From Psammoneis japonica (lineage: Eukaryota): 64,000 nt of DNA. The notes under the pieces were generated by a model. That model did not search any database, was not told the DNA's origin, and saw only the letters and a program-made list of their open reading frames with translations. Shown one piece after another: positions 1 through 10,944 of the stretch; position 1 is the stretch's first letter; each line of letters begins with the position of its first letter. The DNA lies in contig QPGO01000015.1 of NCBI GenBank assembly GCA_008632985.1, positions 125,998 to 189,997 on the forward strand, given 5' to 3'. Made by a program: the position numbers and the translations under genes.

Positions 1-1900
1 CGCACTGATGGAGGATGGCGATGACGGGACCACGCTGGGTCTCAATGACGGCACCAGCGGTGACAACAGGGATGTCCACCAATTGATGATCGTCAATGCC
101 CTGAACGTCAACTTGGCGAGAGGTGCGTGCAATGATGCGAACGTCGTCGCCAGCAATGCCGCTGTTGGCCCCACGATCGACTGGAGCGCCAGTGCGTGCA
201 GAGCGATGAGCAGAGGCAGAGCAAATGACATTGTGGCTGTCAACGCGGCGGCAAGTGCGGCCGTTAAGTTCCATGTCATCTGCAGAAGCTGGCGGGGTAG
301 AGGGAGCGGCGGATGGCCCCGGTCGACTGGCATTGGTGGCTTGGTTGGGAGACAACAGACGTTGCAGATCACCGGGTGGCAGTGGCTTGCGCTTGGTGAG
401 GTGCGCCAGGATGGGATTATCCGAAGTGGCGTCCACATTTGGAGCGGAGTCACCAGAGTCAGCAGGAGTCGTGTTGGACAAGTTGACATCACCGTCACTC
501 CCAAGGCGTTGGTCGTGAAGGTTGGCCGTAACAGACTCATGGCAGTTGCTGGCTCGCGGGTTGCGGGGAGGCGGACGAGAATGCTCAAGGATGATCGCCT
601 TGGAGGAATCGGGCAACGAATCCCAGATCCGTTGGTGGTCGGGGGGGAGACGTTTCCATTGGTCACCGGCGAGGCTGGGACTGCGGGTGCAGGCAGCATT
701 GGCCTGAAGGACGTCAATGTCGCTGTCAATGTCGTAGAACACATCGTCGGACGGTTCCTCGGAGCAGACGTCGTGTGTGTGTGTGGCGCGTCGGGGAGCT
801 CGAGGTGTCGTCTTGGGTTAAAACGTGCTGTTGCACTGAGCTGCCGCGGAGAGGAGCAAGCCACAGCATTGATCGCATGTGAGGCTCTTGCCACTCTGCG
901 TGCGATGCTGATCAGCTTGGTTCTTGACAGCACGGAGTTCCTCGACAGGGTGTGCGGCATTCTCGAGCATGACGCGCTTCTGTCCTTCAGAGAAGTGGTC
1001 ACTGGCCGGGATGAGTGCCTCGCACTTGCGCAACTGATCTTGCCAATGAAGGATGAACCCGTGGGTCGGACCTTTCCAAGTGCCATCACCAAGACGTGCA
1101 GTGGCAAGGTGCGTCAGCAAGGTGGATGACTCAACAGATGCGCGGGTGGAGGCGAGCGCGTGCTCAGACAAGGCGCGGCAGACGGTCTGGGCGTCAGAAG
1201 ACCCCACATTTTCGCGGATGAGAGCCTTGCCCTTGGTGAGAAGGATGCGTTCGAAGACGGCGAACATGTGCTTTTGCTGTTCAGCAAAGAGCAGTTTGTC
1301 TTCGGGGCTGGTTGGTTTGTACGACGAGTCTAGAATGCACTCGACGTCTTGGGCACGGGCTTGTGCCACAAGTGAGGTGTGCCAAGTGTGCCACTGCTTG
1401 TCGGATTTGAGAGCCGTGAAAGCGGTGGGATCACACTTGATGCCTCGCTTGAAGTCCCGCACCGGGTCGCGTGCCTTGGACGGGTTGGTGACATGCGGAG
1501 GTGCAAGGGGTGAGCTGCCGATGGACACAGAAGACATGCAGTCGGGGCTGAGGCGGCAGGCAAGGAACTCGTCATGCGTGAACAACGAGGAGTCATTGGC
1601 AACGTCAAGACCTTTGTGTGCTTTGACAATGTGCAGACTGACTAGAGCTGCTAACATGTTCTTATGACCACGGGGCAAAGGGATCACATTGGTGCCGTTG
1701 TCGCACTCAAGCGAGTCGATTTGGGACGGCATGAACGTGAACAGTTCTTGATGCGAGTCCGCACCGTCTTGGGCCAAAGCCAAACGAAGAGGGCTCCCAG
1801 CACCTTGGGCAAGCACGGTTCCAACAACGTGCTCGAAACCATCGGTTTGTTGCTGACGAGTGAGAACCATGGCAGACAAAAGTGGTGTCAGGACAAGCAA
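1..1900 (-). pseudogene. gag-protease polyprotein of the copia element, with an in-frame stop at 818-820 and many Tyr-to-Cys/His changes
   Basis: Gag and protease share one frame, separated by a TAA at 820-818. Expected Tyr positions read as C/H (QQKHMF, AQTVC, LLTHL, LTCDQCC, LHQCA). Confidence 0.8.
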
Positions 1901-3085
1901 TTCTTGTTGGGAAGCGAAGGTGGGCTTGAAGCTTGGGCGAGAATGGACTTGACTTGAAACAGACTTGACTTGAAATCTTGATCTGTCTTAAAATCAGAAG
2001 TCGCCGGGCTTTGCCATCCCGTTCGTTGTCAAGTGCTAAACTTCCCATCCGGTCCGTAGACTTGTGCCGGCACGTCCGAACCCGCAGCTGGCGGCGCTTT
2101 GGGTTGCTTGCGAGCGGAGCAGCGGGTTGCAAACCCCTGCAGGCAAGCTGACTGGAGGTGGACAAGACCCCCGAACCGTTCTTGTTTTACATCGGTTGGA
2201 TTTCCCGATCAGGCTGGCCAGTTGACGCAGGCGTCAGGCGCTGTGGACGAACGAACAAACGCGGGAAAGCACCCTCGCCCCAATGCAGGCTGCAATCACG
2301 GCCACTTGCTCTCACAGTCGTCCTTGTGGACCCAGCAGAACTGCAGAGCACCAGCAGTCCAGGGCAGATCAGGCACAATGGACTCGGTGTGCTTGCAGAG
2401 TGGTGGCAAAACCGCAGTCCGAAGAGTGGGTGCAGGTTCTTGGCCGTGAAGACATGTGCACACACACATGTCTTCAGCGACGAAGATCCTTGAATGTGTG
2501 GGGTTCTTGACCGTCAACCGATGAATGGGTGCATCAAGGGATGAGGATCAAGGATGGACTTGGATGTGACCGTTGAATGTGTGTCTTCAGCGACCAAAGG
2601 CAGCACAATCAATCCAGATGCCAGCAGCAAGGAGACTTGACGGTGACGTTAACTTCCTGCCGATGCCCTGGTGTTGAATGCGCGTAGACTTGCCGATGTA
2701 TGTAGAACACACACGGAGGTCCACGTAGAATTGAAATAGCGTCGTTGGTAAATCAACGACGATGATGGCGGTTGCTCAATGGGTTGACAATGAGCAAGAC
2801 TGTTGATCTGACAGAAAAATGAAGGCAAATGGCAAGAATTCAAACAACAACTCCTCACTGCTGTCTAAATGGCAGATGAGTCTCCACTCAGAGACCGTTG
2901 CAGGAGCCGAAAGACGTGTGAGTCGGTACAATCGGGCTACTGTTGTCATTCTTGTGAGCCTTGTGGCTCGAAAGCAAACTACATCGCGCGCGAACGCGCG
3001 GAACTAAAGCACACAAAACTGTGCGCGGCAAACTAAACAGCGCGCGATGCTTCGCGCGCACCTAAATCCTGTTCAAATCCTGTCA
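1..3085 (-). mobile_element. Ty1/copia (CoDi-type) LTR retrotransposon, 5' part (putative LTR, leader, gag, protease); continues beyond the left edge
   Basis: The minus ORF 818-1900 has diatom copia gag motifs (DFKRGIKxDPTAF, W..W....AQARAQDV, FILHWQDQLR, MLENA). The same frame at 196-1 reads RTGAPVDRGANSGIAGDDVRII...GIDDHQL, the CoDi protease motif xVDRGAN. The minus strand begins TGACAGGATTT at 3085, resembling a CoDi LTR start. The inner end of the LTR is not resolved. Confidence 0.85.
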
Positions 3086-4760
3086 GCACTTGCCAAGATT
3101 TTAGACGACTCTGATGCACCAAGCAAACAAAGCAGAGAGTTCAACCCAATCCCAGTTGTCACAACATTGGGGACCATCCAATCACAAGCTGCCAAAGCTG
3201 ATCCAATCCCTTGCACTTGACTCAATGAGAGGTTGAAATCCATTCCATGCACTTGCCAAGGCCCTGAAGAGCATTCTGGATGTGAGACAACAAGAGAACA
3301 AGATGCTGAGTGTGATCACCTGTCAAGATTCAAGAATCAGTGTGGCTGAGATGCAACAAGCAAAGGACTGGGAGACAAAATGCTCACAGATTTGTCTTCA
3401 ATGCCAAGGAGTGCCAAGAAGGAATTTCTGCACTTCAAAACAAACTGAAGAAGTCAGCATTCAAGACATGGACAATTTGCCTGTTTGTGGAGAACAGCAC
3501 AATGATTGCTGCTGCAAGAGCTTAAAGAAGAGCTTTGTGAGAGCCTGTGGCCTGGGTAAAGACACCCATCTAAAGACTCTAGAGAAGGCAATGGATGTGC
3601 AACTGAGCCATCTAAAAGACAAGGATTCTTGCAATTGACACAAGAGGAGTGACAACAAGGGTGGCAATGGCAGCAGCAACAATCTTTTTAACAACATGAA
3701 GGGCCAAAGCCATGCCCAGAAGAGCAACCAGAACAACACCACAGTGTGTTGCTTTTGTGGTGTGAACCAAATTGCAAGTTCCAAGACTGCAAGCATTGAA
3801 GAGACATTGCATGTGACAAGTGGTTCAAGATCACAACAAGGAAACCAGACATTGAGGGACAGAGTTGCACACAGACAGGAGTTGGGGATGATGACCACTT
3901 GTTGATGGTGACAATGTGAGTGTCAGCGTCACCAGATCTGACCAATCAACTCTTTTCAGCCAAAGCAGCTGGAGAGTGCTGCATGGCATGGGTTGCAACT
4001 CTTCAATGAAAGACCCGAGACAAGCACAAGCAAAGCCAACAATGGCACACCAAGGTGGTTGAGGAGATCATCCTTGACAATGACTCTGCCTTTCAGCATG
4101 GCAGCAAGCCAGAGACCAGCGCACAATGAGTTGGCAAGGATCAAGATTGATCTGTCCATGAACACAGGAGTGGGCACCCCAGACAAAGACCGCATTCTCA
4201 GGTTGAAGGATGTGAAGCACAAATGCTGCACAACACATGACAGCCAAGTTGGAGAAAAGTTCTGGCTGCCAGACAAGAAGACTGGCAAACAAGTTGTGGT
4301 GTTCACACCTTTGCACCTGGTCAGAAGTTCTTCAAGAAGAAAGTGAGTTGCATGTGAGCATGCTGTCAAAGAAGAAGAAGAGCAACAAGAAGCACAGGAG
4401 TGCATCTGGAACTGCAGCTCTGACAATTGAGCAGAGCTCCATGGGCTGCACCAAGAAGGAGGCAGTGCCAAGTGCTGAGCAAGCACTCAGACTGTGCCAC
4501 AAGGCTGGATCACCCAGCATGAGGAGCTTCAAGTGATTTTCACAATCACATCAGGCAAAGAGCTTGTCCATTGTCTCCAAAGATGTGGACAGGATGGCGA
4601 CCATCTGGGGTCTGCCAACGGATGTGTGAAAAGGCAAGACCAGGCTTGCACATCACTCCCACAAGAGGAACAACATCACAGCTGTCCCACCTGCTGAGAC
4701 ATGCAAAAGAAGCAGAGAGAAGGCATTGATCCTCTGCATTGACATTGTGGAGTCAAGGTT
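3086..4760 (+). mobile_element. Degenerate copia gag/protease-region fragment, same family as 43887-51964
   Basis: Collinear similarity to ~44830-46550. For example, KSLKKSFVRACGLGKDTHLKTLEKAMD matches TSFKKSFIRDCSLGKDTCAKTPEKAMD, and DKKTGKQVVVF matches DKKTGKKVVVF. Confidence 0.8.
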
Positions 4761-5898
4761 TGCAGAGTTAAAAAAAGAAAAGATCTAAATTTTAAGTGCC
4801 ATCACTCTTTTGCCAGCTGTGCTGGTGCCAGCAGATCCACCACACTTCCAGTGCACCAGTGAATTCAGCAGAGCTTGCAAGGATTGGTCAAAGTTGGCAC
4901 CACCTTGCAGCAATGCCCATTTGAGGTAGCTGGGAACAATGAGACAATGCTTTGTGGAGTTCATTGCTTTTGCATGGACTTGAGTCATGGCTGCCATGGT
5001 TCATGTGCAACCATGCCATGTTCAAGAACACTGTCATGTCAAATGTGCACCAACAGAAAGAAGCAAATTCTGACACTCACAGTGCACACACCATTGTGCA
5101 ATGAAGGAACCTTGACTGTGACAAGCACTTTGAGTTTGCCTTTGGTGAATTTGTCCTGTCTCAAGTTGAGAACAACCCAATGAACACCATGGATGCACCA
5201 CATGGCATTGAGAGCTTGCATTTGCAACCATGCTTTGACACTCTGCTGGAGGGCAGCCACTGCACTGTGAACCACACATGGGCAAGCTTCTGAATCCCTG
5301 CAAGTGCACTGCTGTGCCCCTGGCCAACGCGCACATGCAAGCAGTTGTAAAGATGGCCACAGCACAAGAAATCAAAGATTTTAAATTTGTGGACATGCAT
5401 CTGACAGTGTCCATTCCACACAAAAACAAAGATCCTTTGTCTTTGGCATTGTGGTGCTTCTTGCACATGCCCTTGCCTTGTTGAACAAAGTTGGTGCCCA
5501 CAATGAAAAAATCAAGCTCCAACTGGTCATGTTGTTTGCATTTGTTTGGCCCAATTTCTTCCAGTCAAATGCACCAAGAAGAGAATCCAAATCCACGTCC
5601 TTCAATCCTTCAGGCTTGTGCTGCAAGAACTTTGACTCAACATTGATCAAAACCAACTTCCAAGAAACACATCTTTGGTTGCAAAAGTGCCAAAAACATT
5701 GCGGAAAACAAGGAGGCAAGTTGGTGCCTCCTTGGTGCCACCATGATGATTGAGTTGCAGGCTTGTTTTGCTTGAGTTTAGTTTGAGAGCATGATCACAG
5801 ATGGAAAGAATTTCAGCCATGGATGCATTGTGGTTGAGGGCAGACTTCTTCTTTGGATGACGGTGCAGGGACATCATGGTGCAGAGGGGGGGGGGGGG

Positions 5899-6038
5899 NN
5901 NNNNNNNNNNNNNNNNNNNNNNNNNNNNNNNNNNNNNNNNNNNNNNNNNNNNNNNNNNNNNNNNNNNNNNNNNNNNNNNNNNNNNNNNNNNNNNNNNNNN
6001 NNNNNNNNNNNNNNNNNNNNNNNNNNNNNNNNNNNNNN
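5899..6038. other. Assembly gap (N run) preceded by poly-G
   Basis: Run of n characters. Confidence 0.99.
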
Positions 6039-7530
6039 GACATGGACAACAACTTGTCAATGGGGGGCATGCCATCAATGTCACCTTTCAGGTGGGAGAG
6101 CAGAGTGGAAAACTTTTCCTTGACAGACTCAGCAGTGAACTCAGTGGGGAGAAAACCCATGGGAAGAAAAGCCACTGTTGCACTCTTCAGCAACTGGTCA
6201 AAGAAATTGCATTGTTGGTTGAATGCCATGAGGGCTTTGACAGAAACCAACTTCCTCTTCCAGAATTCTTGACAAAATTTGGGAGAGTCAAACTTGTGCT
6301 TGCCACCCTTTGAAAAATGCAGTCCTGCTGAATGTTGGAAAACAATGTTGCACATGAAATTTCCAAATGCAGAGTCATGCTCAGCCCTGGACTGTGTGAC
6401 GCTTGCGGCGGACTGTGCATTGTCAATGACCTGCAACAGTGTGAAATTTACAAAGACAACAAGTGCAAGAAAGGAACAGCACAAAGCCACTGCCCAATGC
6501 CGAGGCCTGTTGCTGTGACATGCCTGCCAACAAAGCACTCCAATTGACTGCTGCCTGCCTTTCATGGCATGAAAACATTGACGTGCCTGTGGAAGCTCTC
6601 ATTGAAGCACTTCAAATTACAATGAAAGATGATGTCTTCACATTTGGAGACACCACACTTGGCACCAACAAAATGGCACAGCAATGGGTGCAGCACTGCC
6701 CACTCCCCTGCATGCCACACTCTGCTGTGTGATCCATGAAGACATGCTCCTGGAGGAATTTAGCCCCCAGCTGCATTGTTGCAAATGCTTTGTCAATGAT
6801 GTCTTTGGCATTTGCAAAATCACCAACCTTGTCACTGCCACTGCCACTGCCACCTGGGAAGCATTCATCTCCAGGCTTGACAATTTTGATGTCACCTGGA
6901 TCACAAGCTCCAGAAGTTGTCAAGTGAACAACTTTGTGGATCTCACCATCTCACTCCAAGGCTCCCACATCTCCACAACACCCTCTGCAAAAAAGAAATG
7001 AATTTGTGTGTCACACCCCACCACACTCAGCACATCTGCCTGGAGTGCTTGCCAGCCCAATCATGGGCATGCTTTTTTTGCTTCAAAAGTCTTTGCTCTG
7101 ACCCAGCTGACGATGCAAAAGCAAAAATGGAGCTGCCCCACCCAGGCTGTGCAAACCAGATGCCACAAGTCCAGCAAACTGCAAACACTCTTCCAAAAAG
7201 TGTGTGATCTCATCTTTGGCAATGCAACAAGAACAGAAGAGCCCCAGTCAAACCCCATCTTCCTGCACATCCTGCACCACCCAAACAACCCACCATCAAG
7301 CAAGCTTCAGAAGCTGCTGCAGAAAGAGGAGCAACGACCAACCCTGTCTGAATGCTCACAACCCCTCTCAAACCTGTGCAACAACATGTGACAGTGCACA
7401 GGACTCAACTGCATGATTGTCTGTTGCAGCCATTTGCATGACCTTGGAAACCTGCTCTGGCACCACAAACTCAGTTTCTCCCATGGCCCCCCAGTTTCAT
7501 CCTGTTGGATTGCAAACAGGGAAGCCACTG

Positions 7531-7578
<48 letters not shown>
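7531..7578 (+). repeat. (AGAC)12 microsatellite
   Basis: Perfect tetranucleotide run directly after the PLE coding end. Confidence 0.95.
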
Positions 7579-7692
7579 CGCACATTGAAATGACTTGAAA
7601 AATCAACAGACCAACTCCACTTGCCTGCCCCTCCAATGCTGCTCAGATCCTTGTTTTAACACAACAACCTCAGCTGCATTGACAACACCAGC

Positions 7693-7740
7693 TGGCCGCT
7701 GATGAAGCTGCTTGAAAAGTCTCACTCTTGACTTTGGCCA
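7693..7740 (+). ncRNA. Type I hammerhead ribozyme, probably degenerate, in the PLE terminal repeat
   Basis: The sequence reads tggccg-CTGATGA-agctgctt-GAAA(A)-gtc-tcactctt-gac-TT-tggcca. It has the catalytic boxes, a 6-bp stem I (tggccg/tggcca) and stem III (agtc/gact). Stem II is weak. Confidence 0.65.
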
Positions 7741-7859
7741 ATGTGTCGTTGTGCTTGTTGTTCACTGAACAGCTGCCTCAGCTGCTTTCTGTTTGTTTGT
7801 CCCATTTCACAGTTCACAGAAAATCAGCTTTGCCAATTTTGTTCATTCACTCAAGACAG

Positions 7860-9186
7860 AGATGGAGAGAAGCACTTGCCCACACTGTCTTTAACAGACT
7901 TCGTTGTTCATGTCTCCATGGCATGTCCCCTGTGGATGAAGAGGCGCCACTTGGTGTGGAGTGCACACAAGAACATTGAGCAGTGGAGCAAAAAAACCTT
8001 CAAATGCACATTCGCTGCTGATGTGCCAATGTTTTCCTGCCATGATGATCCAAACCTGTCATCTGAGATTGGGTGGCATGCTGCAAAAGAGCGCACAAGA
8101 CCAAAGAATGTTGGCAAATTGTTGGGAGCCAAGCTGTGAGACAAGGTGAGGCATGCTGTCATTTCCTTGGAGAACACAACTGTCACAATGAACAAAAGAT
8201 GATGAGTGTGCTGCCAGATCAAGGGGCAACAAACTGCAGTCAGAAAAACATCAATGAATTGCACAGACTGTCAGCGGTCAGCTGTCCTGCCTGTGGTGTG
8301 GATGCATTTGGGGTTTGTGACACCCTTTTGTGCATCTCAACACCAGCCATTTTCCCAAAGTCAAAGCAAGTTGTTGCAGTCTTGTGTGAGGCACCAATGG
8401 CATTGTTTGTGACACCATGAACAAGCTGGATTTGCTCCTCTTCTGCTGTGACATCAACCAAGCAAGTTCTGTGATTTGATGAACTTGCCACAGGACATGG
8501 AGTTCTTTGATTTGACTCCTGAGACAATCAACAGTTGGATCATGGTCCTGATCATTGGCCTGCACCACTGCAAAATTGCAAAAAAGAGGACTCGTCATGA
8601 AGATGAGGAGCACTTTGTGGAGTGTGCACAAGGTGTGATGCACTTTTGTTTGACAACATGGTTGATTGCTCCAATGAGGGATGGCATGCCAACCTGCCAA
8701 TTTCGGACTTGCAGGATGTCAGCACTGAAGCAACAGGTGTGCCTGGTGGCATTGTGGTCACCACACAAGAGAAATCAGTTTTCCCTCAATGCCCCCAGCC
8801 AGTCTGCCAACTGGCAGAACACAAATGCAAGCAGCAAGAGTGTGTTGGAACATCTAGATTGTGGAGTTTTGAAAAACCTGGGTGTGTTGAAGAAAAGACA
8901 TTTTTGCTCCTGATGTGGTTTGATTGGTGACTCATTGTGTGAAAAGTTTCATCATCATCAATCTCTCATGTTTCAGTTTCACATGTCACTCTTTGGAGTG
9001 CATCATTTGGTTTGTGCAATTTGTCATTCAGCATCAGCAGGCACCTGTTGTCATGTGAGAGTTCACAGCTTGCACTGATGCCTTGGGCAACCCACAGCCA
9101 TTGCAGATTGCCAGGGCAAGTGCATCAAGCAGCACAGGAAGCCCAGTGGGATTTCCTTTTGGCAACATTGACTTGCCAGCTCAACA
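7860..9186 (+). mobile_element. 3' end of a degenerate copia element: extra ORF relic, PPT and 3' LTR
   Basis: Homologous to ~50600-51964. cacaagaccaaagaatgttggcaa matches cacaagaccaaaaaatgttggcaa, and EFFDL..ETINSWIM matches EFFEL..GVINNWVM. Confidence 0.8.
8843..9186 (+). repeat. LTR (TGTTG...TCAACA), same family as the LTRs at 43887 and 51462
   Basis: Preceded by a PPT-like GCAAGAGTG. Shares ctctttggagtg..tcatttgg, ggcacctgt and ggcaacccacagcca with the other two LTRs. Confidence 0.85.
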
Positions 9187-10762
9187 CATGCTGCACTGCA
9201 CACTCCAGCTCACTTCACCAGCAAAAAAGGGGCAGCCATTGCCTGTTGTTGCCATGTGGTGAACAAGAAAGGAACATGGCACATGCAATGTCTCTCACAC
9301 CAAAATGATGTGCATTGTGAAAAACAAAGCACTCTCAAAACAAGAACACTCTCTCATCTCAACAGCTCTTCACTCCCTCTGTGCAGCTGGTTTGCAGAGT
9401 GGCCTTTCCTGCTTTGTTTTTCAGCCCAGTGACATGACAACACCAGAGTGCACAATGATGTTGCGCAGTTCAGTTGTGCTGGTTTTTGTTGTTTCCGAAT
9501 GCAAAAGAATGGCACACACAGCACACATGTGTTTGTGTCCAACAACTTGCCACACTTCCTCCCTTGCACTGTCTTTTTTGTGTGTGCAGCTGTGCTTGAG
9601 AAAAAAATTGTTTGTGCCAATCCTGTTTGCAGTGTTCAGAGCCCCTTTTCACTTGTGCACACACCAAAAATGTGTGGTCCACTCATTGCTTCTAGGGGGA
9701 GGGAATGCAGGATTTGGGCTGCACAGAGAGAGAAGTGAAAAGCATTTGCAATGGCTGGGAATGGTGCACAGCAGCTCTCAAGCATGTTGTGAGTCAACCA
9801 CTTGGGTGCACACTTGTGGAGTCCAATTGCACCACATGGCAGATGCCACAAGAATGATGGCACTGCTGCCTGTGGCCCATGTCAAACCAATCAAGAACTT
9901 TTCAATTTCTTGCTTCTTGGTGCAGCAAATTGCAATTTTGGGTGAAGCATCACTGCCAATTTCATTGTCATCAACTTTGTTGTTGCTGCCAGCTTCTCTC
10001 TCTTTTTCCCCAGCAGTTCTTTCTCTTTTTGTCCATTGCCATCGGTGGCCACATTGCTGCTGGCATGTTAATCTGATTGCTGTTGCTGTGTTTTGCTGAA
10101 GCTTGTTGTTGCCACTTGGCTGCTTGAATTCTCAGTCAATCCCTCAAAGAATTCAAGCCAATCACAGCCAGGGGGGTGCATGTGATCTGATGGAGTCCCC
10201 CAACAATGTGCAGCATTTCTTGTGATTCAACTCTCAAGCAGTGTCCAGCAGCATTGGCAAAGACAACAGCAGCTCAACATTGCCACTTGAATTTCTTTCC
10301 AAGGTGCTCCTGCAAAGGGCAATGGCTGCACCACAGTCAAGCTGACATCCCCAAGTCACCACCAACTGTGCTGGTTTCTTCTGCAGATGGTGTCAGTTTT
10401 CCACCTTGTCAACAGTGCACAGCAAGTCCAGCACAGGTCAGTCAGCTGTTGTTTCTGCCTCCAGTCTTTGGCTCTGTCACAAGCATGTTCAGAGAACATT
10501 GTGGTTAAATTCAAGAATTTGCACACAACTGCTGGTTTGTCACATCTTGCGATCACATCGTGAGAACAGCTTGATGTTGGTGGTTTTGCCTTTGGATGGC
10601 AAAATCAATGAGTTGCTCAGCAGTGTCCCCACCAAGGTGGACATGGCAGCACATGATGACAAGCATGCCAAAGATGAGCCTTGATTTGCAGAGAGGGGTG
10701 CAGCATCAATGTGGACGGTGATGGGCCCACCACTGCAAGAAAAGCAGTTGCCTCCTTGCCTG

Positions 10763-10944
10763 GCATGTTTTCAGCAGATTGCTGTGTTGCAAGACAGCAC
10801 AAGGTTGTTTGTCATTTGTTTTGCATGTTGTCAGCAGATTGCTGTGTTGCAAGACAGCACAAGGTTGTTTGTCATTTGTTTTGCATGTGGTCAGCACATT
10901 GCTGTGTTGCAAGACAGCACAAGCTTGTTTGTCATTTGTTTTGC
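10763..10944 (+). repeat. Tandem repeat, 3 x 60 bp
   Basis: The unit gcatgtt.tcagcagattgctgtgttgcaagacagcacaaggttgtttgtcatttgtttt repeats at an exact 60-bp period with few substitutions. Confidence 0.95.

Larger units (their letters stand above)
6518..7750 (+). mobile_element. Penelope-like retroelement, 5'-truncated and degenerate RT with 3' terminal region
   Basis: Frameshifted fragments ALQITMKDDVFTFGDT, G-T-A-MG..P.P.HATLCC.IHE, KCFVNDVFGI (degenerate RYIDD), NFVDLTISL, PIFLHILHHPNNPPS and MIVCCSH..LGNLL match PLE RT and thumb motifs once C/H is read back as Y. No GIY-YIG endonuclease is visible in the retained part. Confidence 0.8.

Noticed and set aside
8..1667. Long plus-strand ORFs (8-1129, 1053-1667)
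   Set aside because: They are antisense shadows of the copia gag-protease frame, favoured by the loss of TAA/TAG.
10763..10944. Possible CRISPR array
   Set aside because: The 60-bp units are contiguous with no unique spacers, there are no cas genes, and the context is eukaryotic.
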